A stretch of DNA of 64,000 nucleotides from the NCBI GenBank assembly GCA_965248695.1, contig CBDFKD010000002.1, positions 5,697,899 through 5,761,898 of the forward strand. Direction: 5' to 3'. Below are positions 48,882-59,581 of this stretch, piece by piece. This stretch comes from Acidobacteriota bacterium (lineage in GTDB: Bacteria > Acidobacteriota > UBA890 > WLXD01). The notes under the pieces are model-generated. The model worked only from the letters and a program-made list of their open reading frames with translations, did no database searches and had not been told where the DNA came from. The first letter of the stretch is position 1, and each line of letters starts with the position of its first letter. The translations under genes and the position numbers were made by a program.

Positions 48882-51707
48882 GTGAAGCCAGCGCGCTCAG
48901 TGCTGATCTTCGTCCTGGCAGCTTTCCTGGCGGTGTCGTTTTCGTCCACGGCGTGGGCGCAGACTCAGGCAACGTCGGGCAACCTCCAGGGTGTCGTATC
49001 CGATCCTGACGGCAACCCGCTTCCGGGTGTCAGCATCACGGTGACCGGGCAGGAAACGGGCCGTGTTCGCACCACGGTAACGTCGGCAACCGGCAACTAC
49101 CGCGTACCTCTGCTGCCGACCGGTGTGTATACCGTCAAGGCCGAGTTGACGGGATTCCAGCCCGTCGAGCGGACCGATATCCGGGTCCGGCTGGGCGGTG
49201 CCCAGGAAGTCGGTATCCAGATGTCCTTGGCTTCCATACAGGAAGTACTGATCGTCACCGGCCAGGCGCCGGTCATCGAGACCTCCAAGACCCAGGTGTC
49301 GACGAGCATCGACGAGGCGGCGATCGACTCGCTGCCGATTCTGGGCCGCAACTTCACCGACTTCACCCTGCTGACGCCGGGCGCACAGATCGAGGCCTCG
49401 CGCAACACGGTGGCGCTGTCCGGTCAGCGTGGCGTGAACACCTCGGTGAACATCGACGGCGCCTCCGACAACAGCGCTTTCTTCGGCTACCAGCGCGGCG
49501 GCACCGACTCGCCGTTCACGGTGAGCCAGGAGTCCGTGCAGGAGTTCCAGGTCATCACCTCCGGCATCATGCCCGAGTTCGGCCGCTCCGGCGGTGGCCT
49601 GGTCAACGTGGTCACCAAGTCTGGAACCAATCAGTGGCGCGGTGGCGGGCATCTGTTCTGGCGCGACGAAGGGCTGACTTCGCAGGATCCTTTCGGTCGT
49701 GATCAGGCCGAGTTCTCCGTGAAGCAGTTCGGCGGCAACATCGGCGGCCCGCTGCAGCGCAACGAGCACTTCTTCTTTGCGTCGGTGGACTTCCAGGACT
49801 TCAGCACGCCGTACTTCGTCGACTACGACATCTCCGATGCCGAGTTCGCGCAGCTGCAAGCGTACGTGAGTCAGTTCCGGCCGAACTGGAACATCACGCA
49901 GTCGCAGTTCAGCCGCACCAATGATGTCGTGGTTCCGTTCGTGAAGACGGACTTCACGATCAGCGACAATACCCAGCTGACGTTGCGGCTCAACTACTCG
50001 AAGCACCAGACGGTAGGCGGCGGTACCGACACCAACCTGCAAGGCACGACGACGGCGTCGAACTCCAGCCTGGGCGACCAGAAGGAGAAGACGCTGTCGG
50101 CGATCGCACAGGTCACCACGGTGATGGGTGATCGGGCCTTCAACGAGCTCCGTGTGCAGTACGCCTACGATGATCTCGATCGGCTATCGAACGACCTGGA
50201 CGGTCCGGACACGGACATCCGGAACCCGTTCGTGCAGCTCGGTCGTCGGTTCTTCATGCCGATCTTCGTGGACGAGAAGAAGATCCAAATACAGAACAAC
50301 TTCTCGTACCTGTTCGACAGTCACGACATCAAGATCGGCGTCGACTTCGAGACCGACAAGACCAGCGAGTTCTTCGCCGGGTTCCCGAAGGGTGAGTTCC
50401 GCTTCAACGGCCTCGACTCGTTCATGGCCAACGAACCGGACTTCATGCTGCAGAGCTTCGGCGTCGCAACGCCGAACTTCGAGGACAACTTCAACGTCCG
50501 CCAGTCGATCCTGGCGTTCTATGTCCAGGACTCCTGGCGCGCCGGCAACAAGATCACCGTGAACTACGGCCTGCGCTGGGAAGGGACGATGAACCCGACC
50601 CCGACCGGCAACGCGGCGTTCCCGGACACGCAGTCGATTCCAGACGACATGGCTGGCTGGCAGCCACGCGCCGGCATCGCCTATGCCCCGGACCCGAAGA
50701 CCGTGTTCCGTGTGTCGGCCGGTCGCTTCGTGTCGCGTACGCCCACCCTGTTGTTCTTCAACCCCTTCACTTCAGTCGGCACCCCCGGCGTAGGGATCTT
50801 CTTCATCCCCGGATTCGGCGGCGAGCTCGACGGCCTGTGGCCGAACGTATTCGACAGCCTGCCGGAAGGGATCACCGCCGACCAGGAGGTCTACTGGTTC
50901 AGCGACAGATTCGTTAACCCTCGAACGTGGCGCTTCAACATAGGAGCGGAGCGTGAGGTGGTTAACAACCTGTCGCTCGGCGTTTCGGTGGTGCACGCGC
51001 GCTCTGACACCCTGCAGACGCTGTGGGACATGAACTTCACTGGCGGTAGCCGCGACGCCGACGGCCGCTTCATCTACGACGGCCGCATCACCGACGGGCA
51101 GATCTGGAAGATCGACCAGTCCAACGGGCGTTCGCGGTACACAGCCGCGATCTTCGAGTTCAAGAAACGGTTCGGCGACGGTTGGGGTGCCTTCGGCTCC
51201 TACACGTACGCAACGGACAAGGACGACGACTCGAACGAGCGGTCGGCCGGTGGCACACAGACGAGCAACATCTTCAACGCTGGCGACGACTACGGCTTCT
51301 CGGATCGCTCGATCCGGCACCGCATCGTGGTCAGCGCGTTCGGGGATTTGCCCGCCGGCTTCAAGCTGGCAGGAACGTTCGTCTGGCGAACGGGCACACC
51401 GTACAGCGCCGTCGACAGTCAGGACCTGAACGGTGACTCGGAGACCAACGACCGCGCCCTCATCAACGGTCAGATATCGGAGCGTAACGCCTTCCGCCAG
51501 CCAGACTTCAAGAACATCGACATCCGAGTGACGAAGGAGTTCAGCACCGGTGTGGGCCGCTTCCAGGCCTTCCTCGAGGTGTTCAACGCCCTCAACTTCG
51601 AGAACCTGTTCACCACCCGGACACAGTTCAACTCGCGATTCGGAGATCTGAACACGTTCATCGGCAACGTCCGTCAGCTGCAGCTCGGCTTCAAGTACGT
51701 CTACTAG
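48882..51707 (+). CDS. TonB-dependent receptor (Oar-like, N-terminal CarboxypepD_reg)
   Basis: Signal peptide, LPILGRNF, EFGRSGGG.VNVVTKSGTN, YGLRWE, C-terminal RQLQLGFKYVY; GGAGG RBS. Confidence 0.92.
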   Translation: MKPARSVLIFVLAAFLAVSFSSTAWAQTQATSGNLQGVVSDPDGNPLPGVSITVTGQETGRVRTTVTSATGNYRVPLLPTGVYTVKAELTGFQPVERTDIRVRLGGAQEVGIQMSLASIQEVLIVTGQAPVIETSKTQVSTSIDEAAIDSLPILGRNFTDFTLLTPGAQIEASRNTVALSGQRGVNTSVNIDGASDNSAFFGYQRGGTDSPFTVSQESVQEFQVITSGIMPEFGRSGGGLVNVVTKSGTNQWRGGGHLFWRDEGLTSQDPFGRDQAEFSVKQFGGNIGGPLQRNEHFFFASVDFQDFSTPYFVDYDISDAEFAQLQAYVSQFRPNWNITQSQFSRTNDVVVPFVKTDFTISDNTQLTLRLNYSKHQTVGGGTDTNLQGTTTASNSSLGDQKEKTLSAIAQVTTVMGDRAFNELRVQYAYDDLDRLSNDLDGPDTDIRNPFVQLGRRFFMPIFVDEKKIQIQNNFSYLFDSHDIKIGVDFETDKTSEFFAGFPKGEFRFNGLDSFMANEPDFMLQSFGVATPNFEDNFNVRQSILAFYVQDSWRAGNKITVNYGLRWEGTMNPTPTGNAAFPDTQSIPDDMAGWQPRAGIAYAPDPKTVFRVSAGRFVSRTPTLLFFNPFTSVGTPGVGIFFIPGFGGELDGLWPNVFDSLPEGITADQEVYWFSDRFVNPRTWRFNIGAEREVVNNLSLGVSVVHARSDTLQTLWDMNFTGGSRDADGRFIYDGRITDGQIWKIDQSNGRSRYTAAIFEFKKRFGDGWGAFGSYTYATDKDDDSNERSAGGTQTSNIFNAGDDYGFSDRSIRHRIVVSAFGDLPAGFKLAGTFVWRTGTPYSAVDSQDLNGDSETNDRALINGQISERNAFRQPDFKNIDIRVTKEFSTGVGRFQAFLEVFNALNFENLFTTRTQFNSRFGDLNTFIGNVRQLQLGFKYVY

Positions 51708-51730
51708 GGCGTAGCTGAACGACAGCTCGC

Positions 51731-51761
51731 GGGGCCCCTCCCCAGCACGGGGAGGGGCCCC
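51731..51761 (+). terminator. Strong hairpin after the TonB receptor
   Basis: GGGGCCCCTCCCC-AGCAC-GGGGAGGGGCCCC, 13-bp stem; weak U-tract. Confidence 0.7.
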
Positions 51762-51813
51762 TGTGCTTTAGTTACATTTGGATACAGCCCCCCACCACCT
51801 GCGGAACCGCAAC

Positions 51814-53298
51814 ATGGTCCGTTCACCCCGAATAGTGGGACCGCGTCTACGCGTGCGGGCGGCGGCTCTGATGACGCTCACCGGTCTGGCCGCCAGCGCG
51901 GCAACCGGTGCGCCGGCGCAGGACACCGCCGAGGTCATCGCGCGAATCCGCACCGCACTCGATGCCGGGCGCACCGAGGAGGCGCTTGTTGCCGCCGAGG
52001 ACGCCGCGAATCGTTACCCCGAGGCCCCGAGGGTAGCTGTCTGGGTGGCCCACACGCTGCGCCATGCCGGTGACCTGGCCGCGGCCGCCAGCGCCTATGC
52101 GCGCGCCGATACTCTCGCACCGGCGAACCCCGAGGTGGCGATGGGGCGCGGTGCGCTCCACGAGGCTGTCGGCGACCCATCGGCGGCGATGGCAGCGTAC
52201 GACGACGCCATCGAGCTGGCGCCTGATGCCGCCGCTCCGTGGAGGGCGGCAGGGACGCTGCAGATGCGGGCCGGAAATCATGAGCGTGCCGCCGAGTACT
52301 TCAGCGGCTACCTCGACCTGCAGCCCGCAGATCTACAGGTTCGCTACCTGCTCGGCGTAGCCCTGTACTTCGTCGCCGACTACGAGTCCGCCGTAGACGT
52401 CCTCGAGGTGGCCCTGGATCAAGCTCCCGACGATGTTCCCGCCGGCTATGCGCTGGGCGTGATCCTGGCCGACCGCCCCGCCGACCACGATCGCGCGCTA
52501 CGACTCCTACGCCGTGCCGCGGCGGTGCGCTTCGAGGAGTCCGAAGCGAGCTACCTGGTGGGCCGGATCCTGTCCGACGCCGGCGAGTTCGAGCCGGCGA
52601 TCGTGCATCTTCGCCGCGCGATCGAGCTGCAACCGCAACACCTCGAGGCAACCTACCGGCTGGCTCAGGCGCTGTCGCGCACCGGCGCGAGCGCCGAAGG
52701 CGGACTCCTGATGGACCGCTTTCGCCAGCTCCAGCAGGATTTCAACGCCCGTGAGTCAGGCTCCAAGGAGCTCAAGACGCTGAGCAATGCTCTCGTGGCA
52801 GCGACTCGCGCCAGCGATCGCGACGAGGCAGATCGGGTGCTCGCGGCGATGCTGGCGGTGGCCCCCGACGATCCCGAGGTATTGCTCCGGGCCGCCAAGA
52901 TCTGGCTGTCGTCGGACAAGCTAGAGGCGGCCGTGAGCGCGGCGACGGCGGCGGCCCAGATCGACCCGGACAACTGGGAGGCCCTTTATCTGCAGGGTCT
53001 CAGCCTTGAACGGGACGGGCGAGCGGCGGACGCCGTGCGCCCGCTGCGGGCGGCGTTGGTGAAAAACCCGCTGTTTGCCGACACGTACGCGGTGCTCGGC
53101 AACGCCCTGCTTGCCCTCGAGCAAACGAAGGCTGCGGTGAGCGCCTACCTTGCGGCGGCCGATCTCGATGCAGAGAATCCCGTGTACTGGCTCAATCTCG
53201 TAACTGCCTATCAGGACCTCGAACAGACCGATCTTGCCGAACGCGCGTTGCGGGAGTATCGCCGGCTGAGCAACGGTCGAAGCAGCGAAGGGCGATGA
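51814..53298 (+). CDS. Secreted TPR protein
   Basis: Signal peptide, many TPR repeats. Confidence 0.82.
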   Translation: MVRSPRIVGPRLRVRAAALMTLTGLAASAATGAPAQDTAEVIARIRTALDAGRTEEALVAAEDAANRYPEAPRVAVWVAHTLRHAGDLAAAASAYARADTLAPANPEVAMGRGALHEAVGDPSAAMAAYDDAIELAPDAAAPWRAAGTLQMRAGNHERAAEYFSGYLDLQPADLQVRYLLGVALYFVADYESAVDVLEVALDQAPDDVPAGYALGVILADRPADHDRALRLLRRAAAVRFEESEASYLVGRILSDAGEFEPAIVHLRRAIELQPQHLEATYRLAQALSRTGASAEGGLLMDRFRQLQQDFNARESGSKELKTLSNALVAATRASDRDEADRVLAAMLAVAPDDPEVLLRAAKIWLSSDKLEAAVSAATAAAQIDPDNWEALYLQGLSLERDGRAADAVRPLRAALVKNPLFADTYAVLGNALLALEQTKAAVSAYLAAADLDAENPVYWLNLVTAYQDLEQTDLAERALREYRRLSNGRSSEGR

Positions 53299-54980
53299 GA
53301 ACAACCGATCGATTCCGGGCTGCGGCACCCCCGCTGATCACCCTCACAGCGATGATCATGCTGGCGCTGCTCATGACGCCACCGGGCGCTGCGGCACACC
53401 CGCAGCAAACTGACGAGGCACGGCCCACGTTCGAGGCGATGCTGTCGGCAAGCGGCTGGTCGCCGACGCGCGAGGAGCTCGAGGAAACGCTCGACCGCTG
53501 GCTGGAACGCTTCGTCACCTACATCATCACCGATGAGGAACGGCGCATCTTCGAGAAGCTCCCGAGCGTCGAGCAGAAACTGGCCTTCACCGAGCGGTTC
53601 TGGGACGTGCGCGACCCGACCCCGGGCACGCGCATGAACGAGTATCGCCAGGAGCACTTCGAGCGTTGGGCCATCGCCAACCGCCGATTCAGCGCCGGCA
53701 AGCCGGGATGGGCCACCGACCGTGGCCGTACGTTCATCATTCTCGGCGCCCCCAATAACCTGCAACGCAACCCCATGGGACGCGGAGGCGCCGAACGAGG
53801 CTCCGAGGTGTGGTCCTACAACATGCCCGACAACCCGCTACTCCCCGGCGTGCTGGACCTCAACTTCGTCGACTTCCACGGCACCGGCGAGTTCGAGCTG
53901 GTCAGCAACCTCGATGCGGCGGCCCCGATCGTCTCGGCGCAGTTCGGCTACGTCAACAACCCGCTCGATGTCATCGCGCTGAGACGCCATGCTGACTCGA
54001 TCTACGATGAGAACTTCCTGCAGTATCGATTCGCCGACCCTACCGCCGTGGCACGCGAGTTCCTCGACTTCCAGGGCAACCTGCGAGAGATCTTGCGGAT
54101 CCCCGAGATCCACAAGGAACGGCTCGCCGCGCTGCGGCTGGCCACCGTCGAGACCGCCGTCGCGTTCGACGCCACGCCGATTGGCCGCAGCCTGGATTTC
54201 TACGAGGCCGTGGCCGGCAACACGTCCGTCCAGATAACCCTGGCGCTCGAGTACGACAGGCTTGTCGCCGCCCCCATCGGGCTCAATCAGCACTTCTCTG
54301 CCGATATGTACGTAGCCCTAGAACAGGATGGGCAGATCATCGGTGAGTCGGAGAAACGGCTCAACTTCACGCTTACCGACGAAGAGCTGCAGCAGCTCGG
54401 GGGCAGCCAGATCCTACAGAGCTTCCAGCTCATGGTTCCGAGCGGCACTTACGATCTGGTCGTGCTGGCGCGCGACAACACGTCTGATCGAGTCACTCGC
54501 ACTATAGACGCGATCGACGTACCGAACCTGTCGAGTACAGGTCTGAGGTTGTCGAGCCTGACGCTCGCCAGTCGGATCGAGCCGGTGCAGCCGGGCGCAG
54601 CCGACGCACCGCTCGACTTCCAGCACGGCGACATGCGTGTCGTCCCCAACGTCAATCGCGTCTACTTCCTCGACCAGCAACTGTTGCTCTACGTACAGGC
54701 CTACGGGCTCGGAATCGACGATGCGACGCACACCAACCGGGTCACGATCCGTGGAGAGATCTTGCAGAACGGCGAGCGCGTCCGCCGCATCCCGGAGCAG
54801 CATCCGTTTCCGGCGCCGATGAACCGGCAGTCGTTCTCGTTCGGAATGCCGTTGAACGGCTACCGTCCCGGCGTGTACGAGGTCGTGCTGGAGATCGTCG
54901 ACGAGATCGCCGCTACGAGCTCCAGTGTAACGACCGACTTCGCCATACTTCCGACGGCCGCACGGACCGACCGGCGCTGA
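53295..54980 (+). CDS. GWxTD-domain protein
   Basis: [28 protein letters not shown]. Confidence 0.88.
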   Translation: MRTTDRFRAAAPPLITLTAMIMLALLMTPPGAAAHPQQTDEARPTFEAMLSASGWSPTREELEETLDRWLERFVTYIITDEERRIFEKLPSVEQKLAFTERFWDVRDPTPGTRMNEYRQEHFERWAIANRRFSAGKPGWATDRGRTFIILGAPNNLQRNPMGRGGAERGSEVWSYNMPDNPLLPGVLDLNFVDFHGTGEFELVSNLDAAAPIVSAQFGYVNNPLDVIALRRHADSIYDENFLQYRFADPTAVAREFLDFQGNLREILRIPEIHKERLAALRLATVETAVAFDATPIGRSLDFYEAVAGNTSVQITLALEYDRLVAAPIGLNQHFSADMYVALEQDGQIIGESEKRLNFTLTDEELQQLGGSQILQSFQLMVPSGTYDLVVLARDNTSDRVTRTIDAIDVPNLSSTGLRLSSLTLASRIEPVQPGAADAPLDFQHGDMRVVPNVNRVYFLDQQLLLYVQAYGLGIDDATHTNRVTIRGEILQNGERVRRIPEQHPFPAPMNRQSFSFGMPLNGYRPGVYEVVLEIVDEIAATSSSVTTDFAILPTAARTDRR

Positions 54981-54982
54981 GC

Positions 54983-56098
54983 ATGCAACGCTCGCTGAGC
55001 GCCGACCGCCTCGAAGCACTCGTCTGCGACGCCGTCCGCCGCCTCGTTGACGATGGCCTGTGGCCGGGTGCCAGCGGGCACGGACAGCGGGATCGCGCCG
55101 CCAGGGTGGTCATCACGGCGCGCGAGGTAGCAGAGGCGACCAACGGCAAGCTGGTGGTGCCCGATGGAGCCCTGATCACGCCGGAAGCGCGGGATCAGGC
55201 CCGCGAGCGCGGGGTCCGACTGGTCGATGTAGCCGCGACGGCGCCGAACCGGGATCTGTCGGCGTCCCAACGCACCCTGGTGGACAAGCTGGCCGCGCAG
55301 CTTGCAACCGAGCTGTCGGCGCCGGAGATCGAGCAGCTCGCCTGCTGGTGCTGGAGCGAGGGATCATGCGCCGACTCCAACGGCGTGGCGCGCATCATCG
55401 ACGCTGGAGCCGATCGAGTCGGCTTGACTGCCTGCGCGCCGCCGCTCGACGACGCCATCGTGCCGCTTATCGATCACACCCTGCTCAAACCCGAAGCGAC
55501 GGAGGAGCAGGTGCGCCGCCTGTGCGCAGAGGCGCTGGAATACGGCTTTGCCAGCGTCTGCATCAATCCGTGCTACGTCGAGCTAGTCGCTGACCTGCTG
55601 CAGGGCAGCCGGGTCCAAGCATGCACGGTGGTCGGATTCCCCCTCGGCGCCAGCAACCCGGACGTAAAGGCGCACGAGGCCGGACTGGCGGTGCAGCAAG
55701 GCGCCAGCGAGATCGACATGGTGATCAATATCGGCGCCCTCAAGTCAGGGCACGATGAGCGGGTGCAGCAGGATATCGAGCGCGTCGTCGACGCGTCGCA
55801 CCCGCGCGCGATCGTCAAGGTCATCCTGGAATCTGCGCTGCTATCGGACGAGGAGATTGTGCGCGCTTGCCAACTCGCCCGCGCCGCCGGGGCCGACTTC
55901 GTCAAGACCTCGACCGGCTTCGGTCCGGGCGGCGCGACGGCGGAGGACGTGGCCTTGATGCGGGCCACCGTCGGTCGAGGTATGGGTGTCAAGGCATCCG
56001 GCGGAATCAGCACCCGCGCAGATGCTGCCGCCATGATCGCCGCCGGAGCCACCCGCATCGGTGCCAGCGCCGGTGTCCGCATCGCGGCAGGAAACTGA
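54983..56098 (+). CDS. deoC: Deoxyribose-phosphate aldolase with long N-terminal extension
   Basis: [46 protein letters not shown]. Confidence 0.95.
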   Translation: MQRSLSADRLEALVCDAVRRLVDDGLWPGASGHGQRDRAARVVITAREVAEATNGKLVVPDGALITPEARDQARERGVRLVDVAATAPNRDLSASQRTLVDKLAAQLATELSAPEIEQLACWCWSEGSCADSNGVARIIDAGADRVGLTACAPPLDDAIVPLIDHTLLKPEATEEQVRRLCAEALEYGFASVCINPCYVELVADLLQGSRVQACTVVGFPLGASNPDVKAHEAGLAVQQGASEIDMVINIGALKSGHDERVQQDIERVVDASHPRAIVKVILESALLSDEEIVRACQLARAAGADFVKTSTGFGPGGATAEDVALMRATVGRGMGVKASGGISTRADAAAMIAAGATRIGASAGVRIAAGN

Positions 56099-56202
56099 GG
56101 CGGGCAATACGGAACATCGGTGCATCGGCAGGCTTGCGCCCGCCGGCCAGGCACACGATGATCGCCCAACATGAGCGAGAGTTCACCGACAAGGAGCACC
56201 GG

Positions 56203-56532
56203 ATGAGTGGGGACATCGACTGCCTGGCGTGCGCGACACGAGCGAAGCGCGACGGAACCGAGGCTCCGGATCCGCCGACCGGCGGTCCGATCGCCAGCCG
56301 CATACCGTTCCGCGGTGAGCTCCAGCAACAGGTACAGGAAAGCGTCTGCACGGTGTGTTGGGGCGCCTGGCTCGAAATGCAGATCAAGGTGATCAACGAG
56401 CTCGCTCTGAACCTCGGCGACTCCCGTAGCCACGACCTTATCGAGGCCCACGCCCGCGACTTTCTCGGTCTGTCCGACGGATCGGAGACCGGGACGGACT
56501 TCTCGGCGCTCGGCGAGCAACCGCCCCAGTAA
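56203..56532 (+). CDS. Fe(II)-trafficking/oxidative damage protection protein (YggX-like)
   Basis: PFRGELQQQV..SVC..CW.AWL..Q.KVINE..L. Confidence 0.75.
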   Translation: MSGDIDCLACATRAKRDGTEAPDPPTGGPIASRIPFRGELQQQVQESVCTVCWGAWLEMQIKVINELALNLGDSRSHDLIEAHARDFLGLSDGSETGTDFSALGEQPPQ

Positions 56533-56545
56533 GGCGGGGCGGACC

Positions 56546-57148
56546 CTACCCGACGCCGGTAAGGCGCCGGTGATCGTCCGGCGTGTCGGCATCACGAACG
56601 ACCCACGGATCGTCGACGTCGACCTCGAGCAGGTCGGCGCGATGGGCGTCAACGACCGCGCGCGCCCCGTGGTCGGTGGGTGCGCACAGGAGCTCGTCGA
56701 AAAGCGCCCGCGCAAAGAGCACGGGGTGTCCGTGCCCGCCGGCGTACGTCGGCACGATCAGAGGTGCCCGCGATCGGGAGAAGGCCGAGACCAGTCGTTC
56801 TACGGTAACGGTGCAGAAACGAGGCACGTCCACGAGCACGAGCAGTATCGCGTCCGCCTGGCTCCCGTCCCGCAGCTTGTGGACAGCAAGCTGGAGGCTA
56901 CTCAACATGCCGCGCGCCCAGTGCTCGTTGACCACCACGCCGGCGCTCTCCAGATCGACCGCGGCGACAACTTCGGCGGCCGAGTGCCCGAGCACGACCA
57001 GCGGCTCGACGACCGGAGCGCGCGCCAGCGTTTTCAAGATCGCGCCCAGATACGTGTCGTCGCCGAGGGGCAACAGGGGCTTCGGGCTGCCCATTCGCGA
57101 CGACGCTCCGGCGGCGAGGACTACCGGAACAACTACCGGCAGGCTCAT
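56546..57148 (-). CDS. MocA-like molybdenum cofactor nucleotidyltransferase
   Basis: LAAGASSRMG.PK, GMLSSL, LVDVP, GHPVLF, DADTPDD. Confidence 0.87.
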   Translation of the reverse strand: MSLPVVVPVVLAAGASSRMGSPKPLLPLGDDTYLGAILKTLARAPVVEPLVVLGHSAAEVVAAVDLESAGVVVNEHWARGMLSSLQLAVHKLRDGSQADAILLVLVDVPRFCTVTVERLVSAFSRSRAPLIVPTYAGGHGHPVLFARALFDELLCAPTDHGARAVVDAHRADLLEVDVDDPWVVRDADTPDDHRRLTGVG

Positions 57149-58260
57149 GCGCGCGTCGCGCGACGGCGCGACGACGTGCCCGATTGCATGGCTGACGGCA
57201 CAGCGGCACCGCGGCGCACGGCAATCATCTCGGCGACCACCGCTACGGCGATCTCCTCCGGCGTATCAGCGCCGATCGCCAGGCCCATCGGCGAGCAGAG
57301 CCGATCCAGCTCGTCCTGGGCGACACCCTCGCTGCGAAGCGTCTTGCCGAACAGGTGCCGCTTACGCTCGCTACCGATCATGCCGAGATAGGCGCTCGGC
57401 CCGCCGACAACCTGCCGCAGAATGGTCAGGTCATGCTCATGTCCTCGCGTGACAATCACCAGGTACGAGCTCGGGTCGACCGTCGGGAGCGCCGCGTAGT
57501 CGACGTGGTGCAGGCCCGCCGCCCACGGCATGTGCTCGCCCTGGAGGAACGTCGGACGATCCTCCAACACGTGCACCTGGAAACCAGCGTTGGAGGCCAG
57601 CGCCCCGATGGCCGTGCCGCAATGACCCGCACCGAATATCAGTACCGTCGGTGGTTGCCGCAGTGGTTCGACGAAATACGCCGGCGCGCCTTCCGAGTCT
57701 ACGTCCGAGACCAGATCGGCAAGGCCGTCGCCTGCCAGCATTCTGGCCTTGTCGGGCAGCGATGCCGGCAACGACCCATCTGCTGCCACGGAGCCGTCGG
57801 CGCGGACTACAGCGTGCATGGCCATGTCGTTGTCGGGCGCCGGGCTCGGCAGGTCATTCTCGGCCGGAACCCAGCTCAGGAACGCCGCCGCCTCACCGTC
57901 CTCGAGCGCCTCCAGCGCCGATCGGATGAGGCCTCGGGTAGGGTCCGTCGGCAGCAACGGCCTGGTCAGGATGGTGACCGAGCCGCCGCATACATGGCCT
58001 TGAAGGCCGTCCTCGATCTCGGTCAGATCAAAGCTCTCAAGCGACACACCGCCTTCGCGCAGCAAGGTACGCGCGGTAGCGTAGACCTCAGCCTCCAGGC
58101 AGCCCCCGCCCACCGTGCCCTCGGCGCTTCCATCGGCGCGCACCAGCATCTTGGCAGTGCTGCTCATCGGCAGCGACCCGCGGCGTCTGACCACGGTCGC
58201 GAGCGCCACTGGCTCCCCGGCATCAAGCGCCGCGGCGATGCGCGGCAACAGTTCGTGCAT
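57145..58260 (-). CDS. xdhC: XdhC/CoxI xanthine dehydrogenase accessory factor
   Basis: GTVGGGCLE, CGG, IFGAGH, TRGHEHD, YLGMIGS, IGADTPEEIA. Confidence 0.9.
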   Translation of the reverse strand: MHELLPRIAAALDAGEPVALATVVRRRGSLPMSSTAKMLVRADGSAEGTVGGGCLEAEVYATARTLLREGGVSLESFDLTEIEDGLQGHVCGGSVTILTRPLLPTDPTRGLIRSALEALEDGEAAAFLSWVPAENDLPSPAPDNDMAMHAVVRADGSVAADGSLPASLPDKARMLAGDGLADLVSDVDSEGAPAYFVEPLRQPPTVLIFGAGHCGTAIGALASNAGFQVHVLEDRPTFLQGEHMPWAAGLHHVDYAALPTVDPSSYLVIVTRGHEHDLTILRQVVGGPSAYLGMIGSERKRHLFGKTLRSEGVAQDELDRLCSPMGLAIGADTPEEIAVAVVAEMIAVRRGAAVPSAMQSGTSSRRRATRA

Positions 58261-58263
58261 CAA

Positions 58264-58308
58264 CTAAGGCCTGTGGCAGTGAACGAGTGGCCTGTTACAG
58301 GCCACTAG
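58264..58308. repeat. Collapsed 45-bp remnant of the 28933 MITE family
   Basis: CTAAGGCCTGTGGCAGTGAACG...CTGTTACAGGCCACTAG, sharing the terminal sequence. Confidence 0.7.
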
Positions 58309-59033
58309 ATCGCGAAGCGGTTGAGGAACGACAGCCAGCGCTGGAACAGGAAGAAGTTGTTCGTGAAGATCATCACGCCTACGGCGACCAGCAGGACGCC
58401 GCCGACCATCTCCACGATCCAGAGTGACTCCCTGAACCGCTGGAACGCCCCCATGAAGCGCTGCGTGGCCCAGCCGGTCAGCAGGAACGGGATCCCGAGC
58501 CCTGCTGAATAAACCGCCAAGAGAGCAACGCCGTACCAGAGGCTGCTCTTGGTGGCCGCCAGGGCCAAAATGCCGGCCAGGATGGGGCCAATACACGGCG
58601 TCCAGCCGGCGGCAAACGCCAAGCCCAGCAGCAGGGCACCGACCGGGCCGCGTGGCTTGGAGGGTCCGTGAAAGCGCTTCTCACGGTACAGCCAACTGAT
58701 CTTGAGCAGTCCGACCATATGGAGGCCGAACAGCACGACGATCACCCCGGCGACACGCTGAAGCCAGAGGAGGTTGTCGCGCAGCAAACCGCCGATCACA
58801 CTGGCCGACGCGCCCAGCACGACGAACACGATGGTGAAGCCGGTGACGAAGAACATCGTGTTCACCATCACGGCTTGGCTGGCGGCGGCTTGGCGATCGT
58901 CGGCGCGCATCTCCTCCAGAGAAACGCCCGATATGAACGATAGATAGCCCGGTACGAGGGGCAGAACACAGGGCGATAGGAAGGACACGACGCCGGCCGC
59001 GAATGCCGCCAGGAATGAGACTTGGTCGGTCAT
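58305..59033 (-). CDS. ccdA: Cytochrome c biogenesis protein CcdA
   Basis: SFLSPCVLPLVPGY, GWTPCIGPIL, YSAGLGIPF. Confidence 0.93.
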   Translation of the reverse strand: MTDQVSFLAAFAAGVVSFLSPCVLPLVPGYLSFISGVSLEEMRADDRQAAASQAVMVNTMFFVTGFTIVFVVLGASASVIGGLLRDNLLWLQRVAGVIVVLFGLHMVGLLKISWLYREKRFHGPSKPRGPVGALLLGLAFAAGWTPCIGPILAGILALAATKSSLWYGVALLAVYSAGLGIPFLLTGWATQRFMGAFQRFRESLWIVEMVGGVLLVAVGVMIFTNNFFLFQRWLSFLNRFAI

Positions 59034-59145
59034 CGTGGCGAAATTCTAGCACGCAGCCTGGCGCTTGACCGCTTGCCGAAACCGCCCTTACCATGTCGCC
59101 TGTGATGCGGCTCGCGACGTTCTCGTCAGGGGAAAGAGCCTGACC

Positions 59146-59547
59146 ATGCAGGGACAGCGCCCGACCTCGGACGGTGGCGTGTTGAGCCAGCTGACGCTTC
59201 CAGAGCTCGTCGAAGTGTGGGTCGAGAACGAGATCAACAAGCGCCTGCGAGAGGTCGAGTTCTTCTACGAGGAGATTGTCGCCGGCGCCCGGGCCCTGGA
59301 CCACCTCCAGGTAATGCCGATGCGAGGCGGCTTCCGCGACAAACCTCGGAGTATCGAGGTCCTGGTCGAGATCCGCGACAACGAGCAGCGCCGCAGTCGA
59401 ATCGGTGCAGCCGAAGAACGCAAGCGCGGGCGTAACGACCCGGACGCGTTCCAGCGGGCCTATGACAAGGCCATGGCGCACGCCATCATCCAGCTGCTCC
59501 CCGCCGACGTTTGGCGTCGGTGGATCGGGGCCGCGGCGCACGCGTAG
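59146..59547 (+). CDS. Hypothetical protein
   Basis: Clean ORF with core-like codon usage; TTGACC-18-TACCAT upstream. Confidence 0.65.
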   Translation: MQGQRPTSDGGVLSQLTLPELVEVWVENEINKRLREVEFFYEEIVAGARALDHLQVMPMRGGFRDKPRSIEVLVEIRDNEQRRSRIGAAEERKRGRNDPDAFQRAYDKAMAHAIIQLLPADVWRRWIGAAAHA

Positions 59548-59581
59548 CGCATCCGGGCCAGCAAACAGGCCTGGTGATCAG

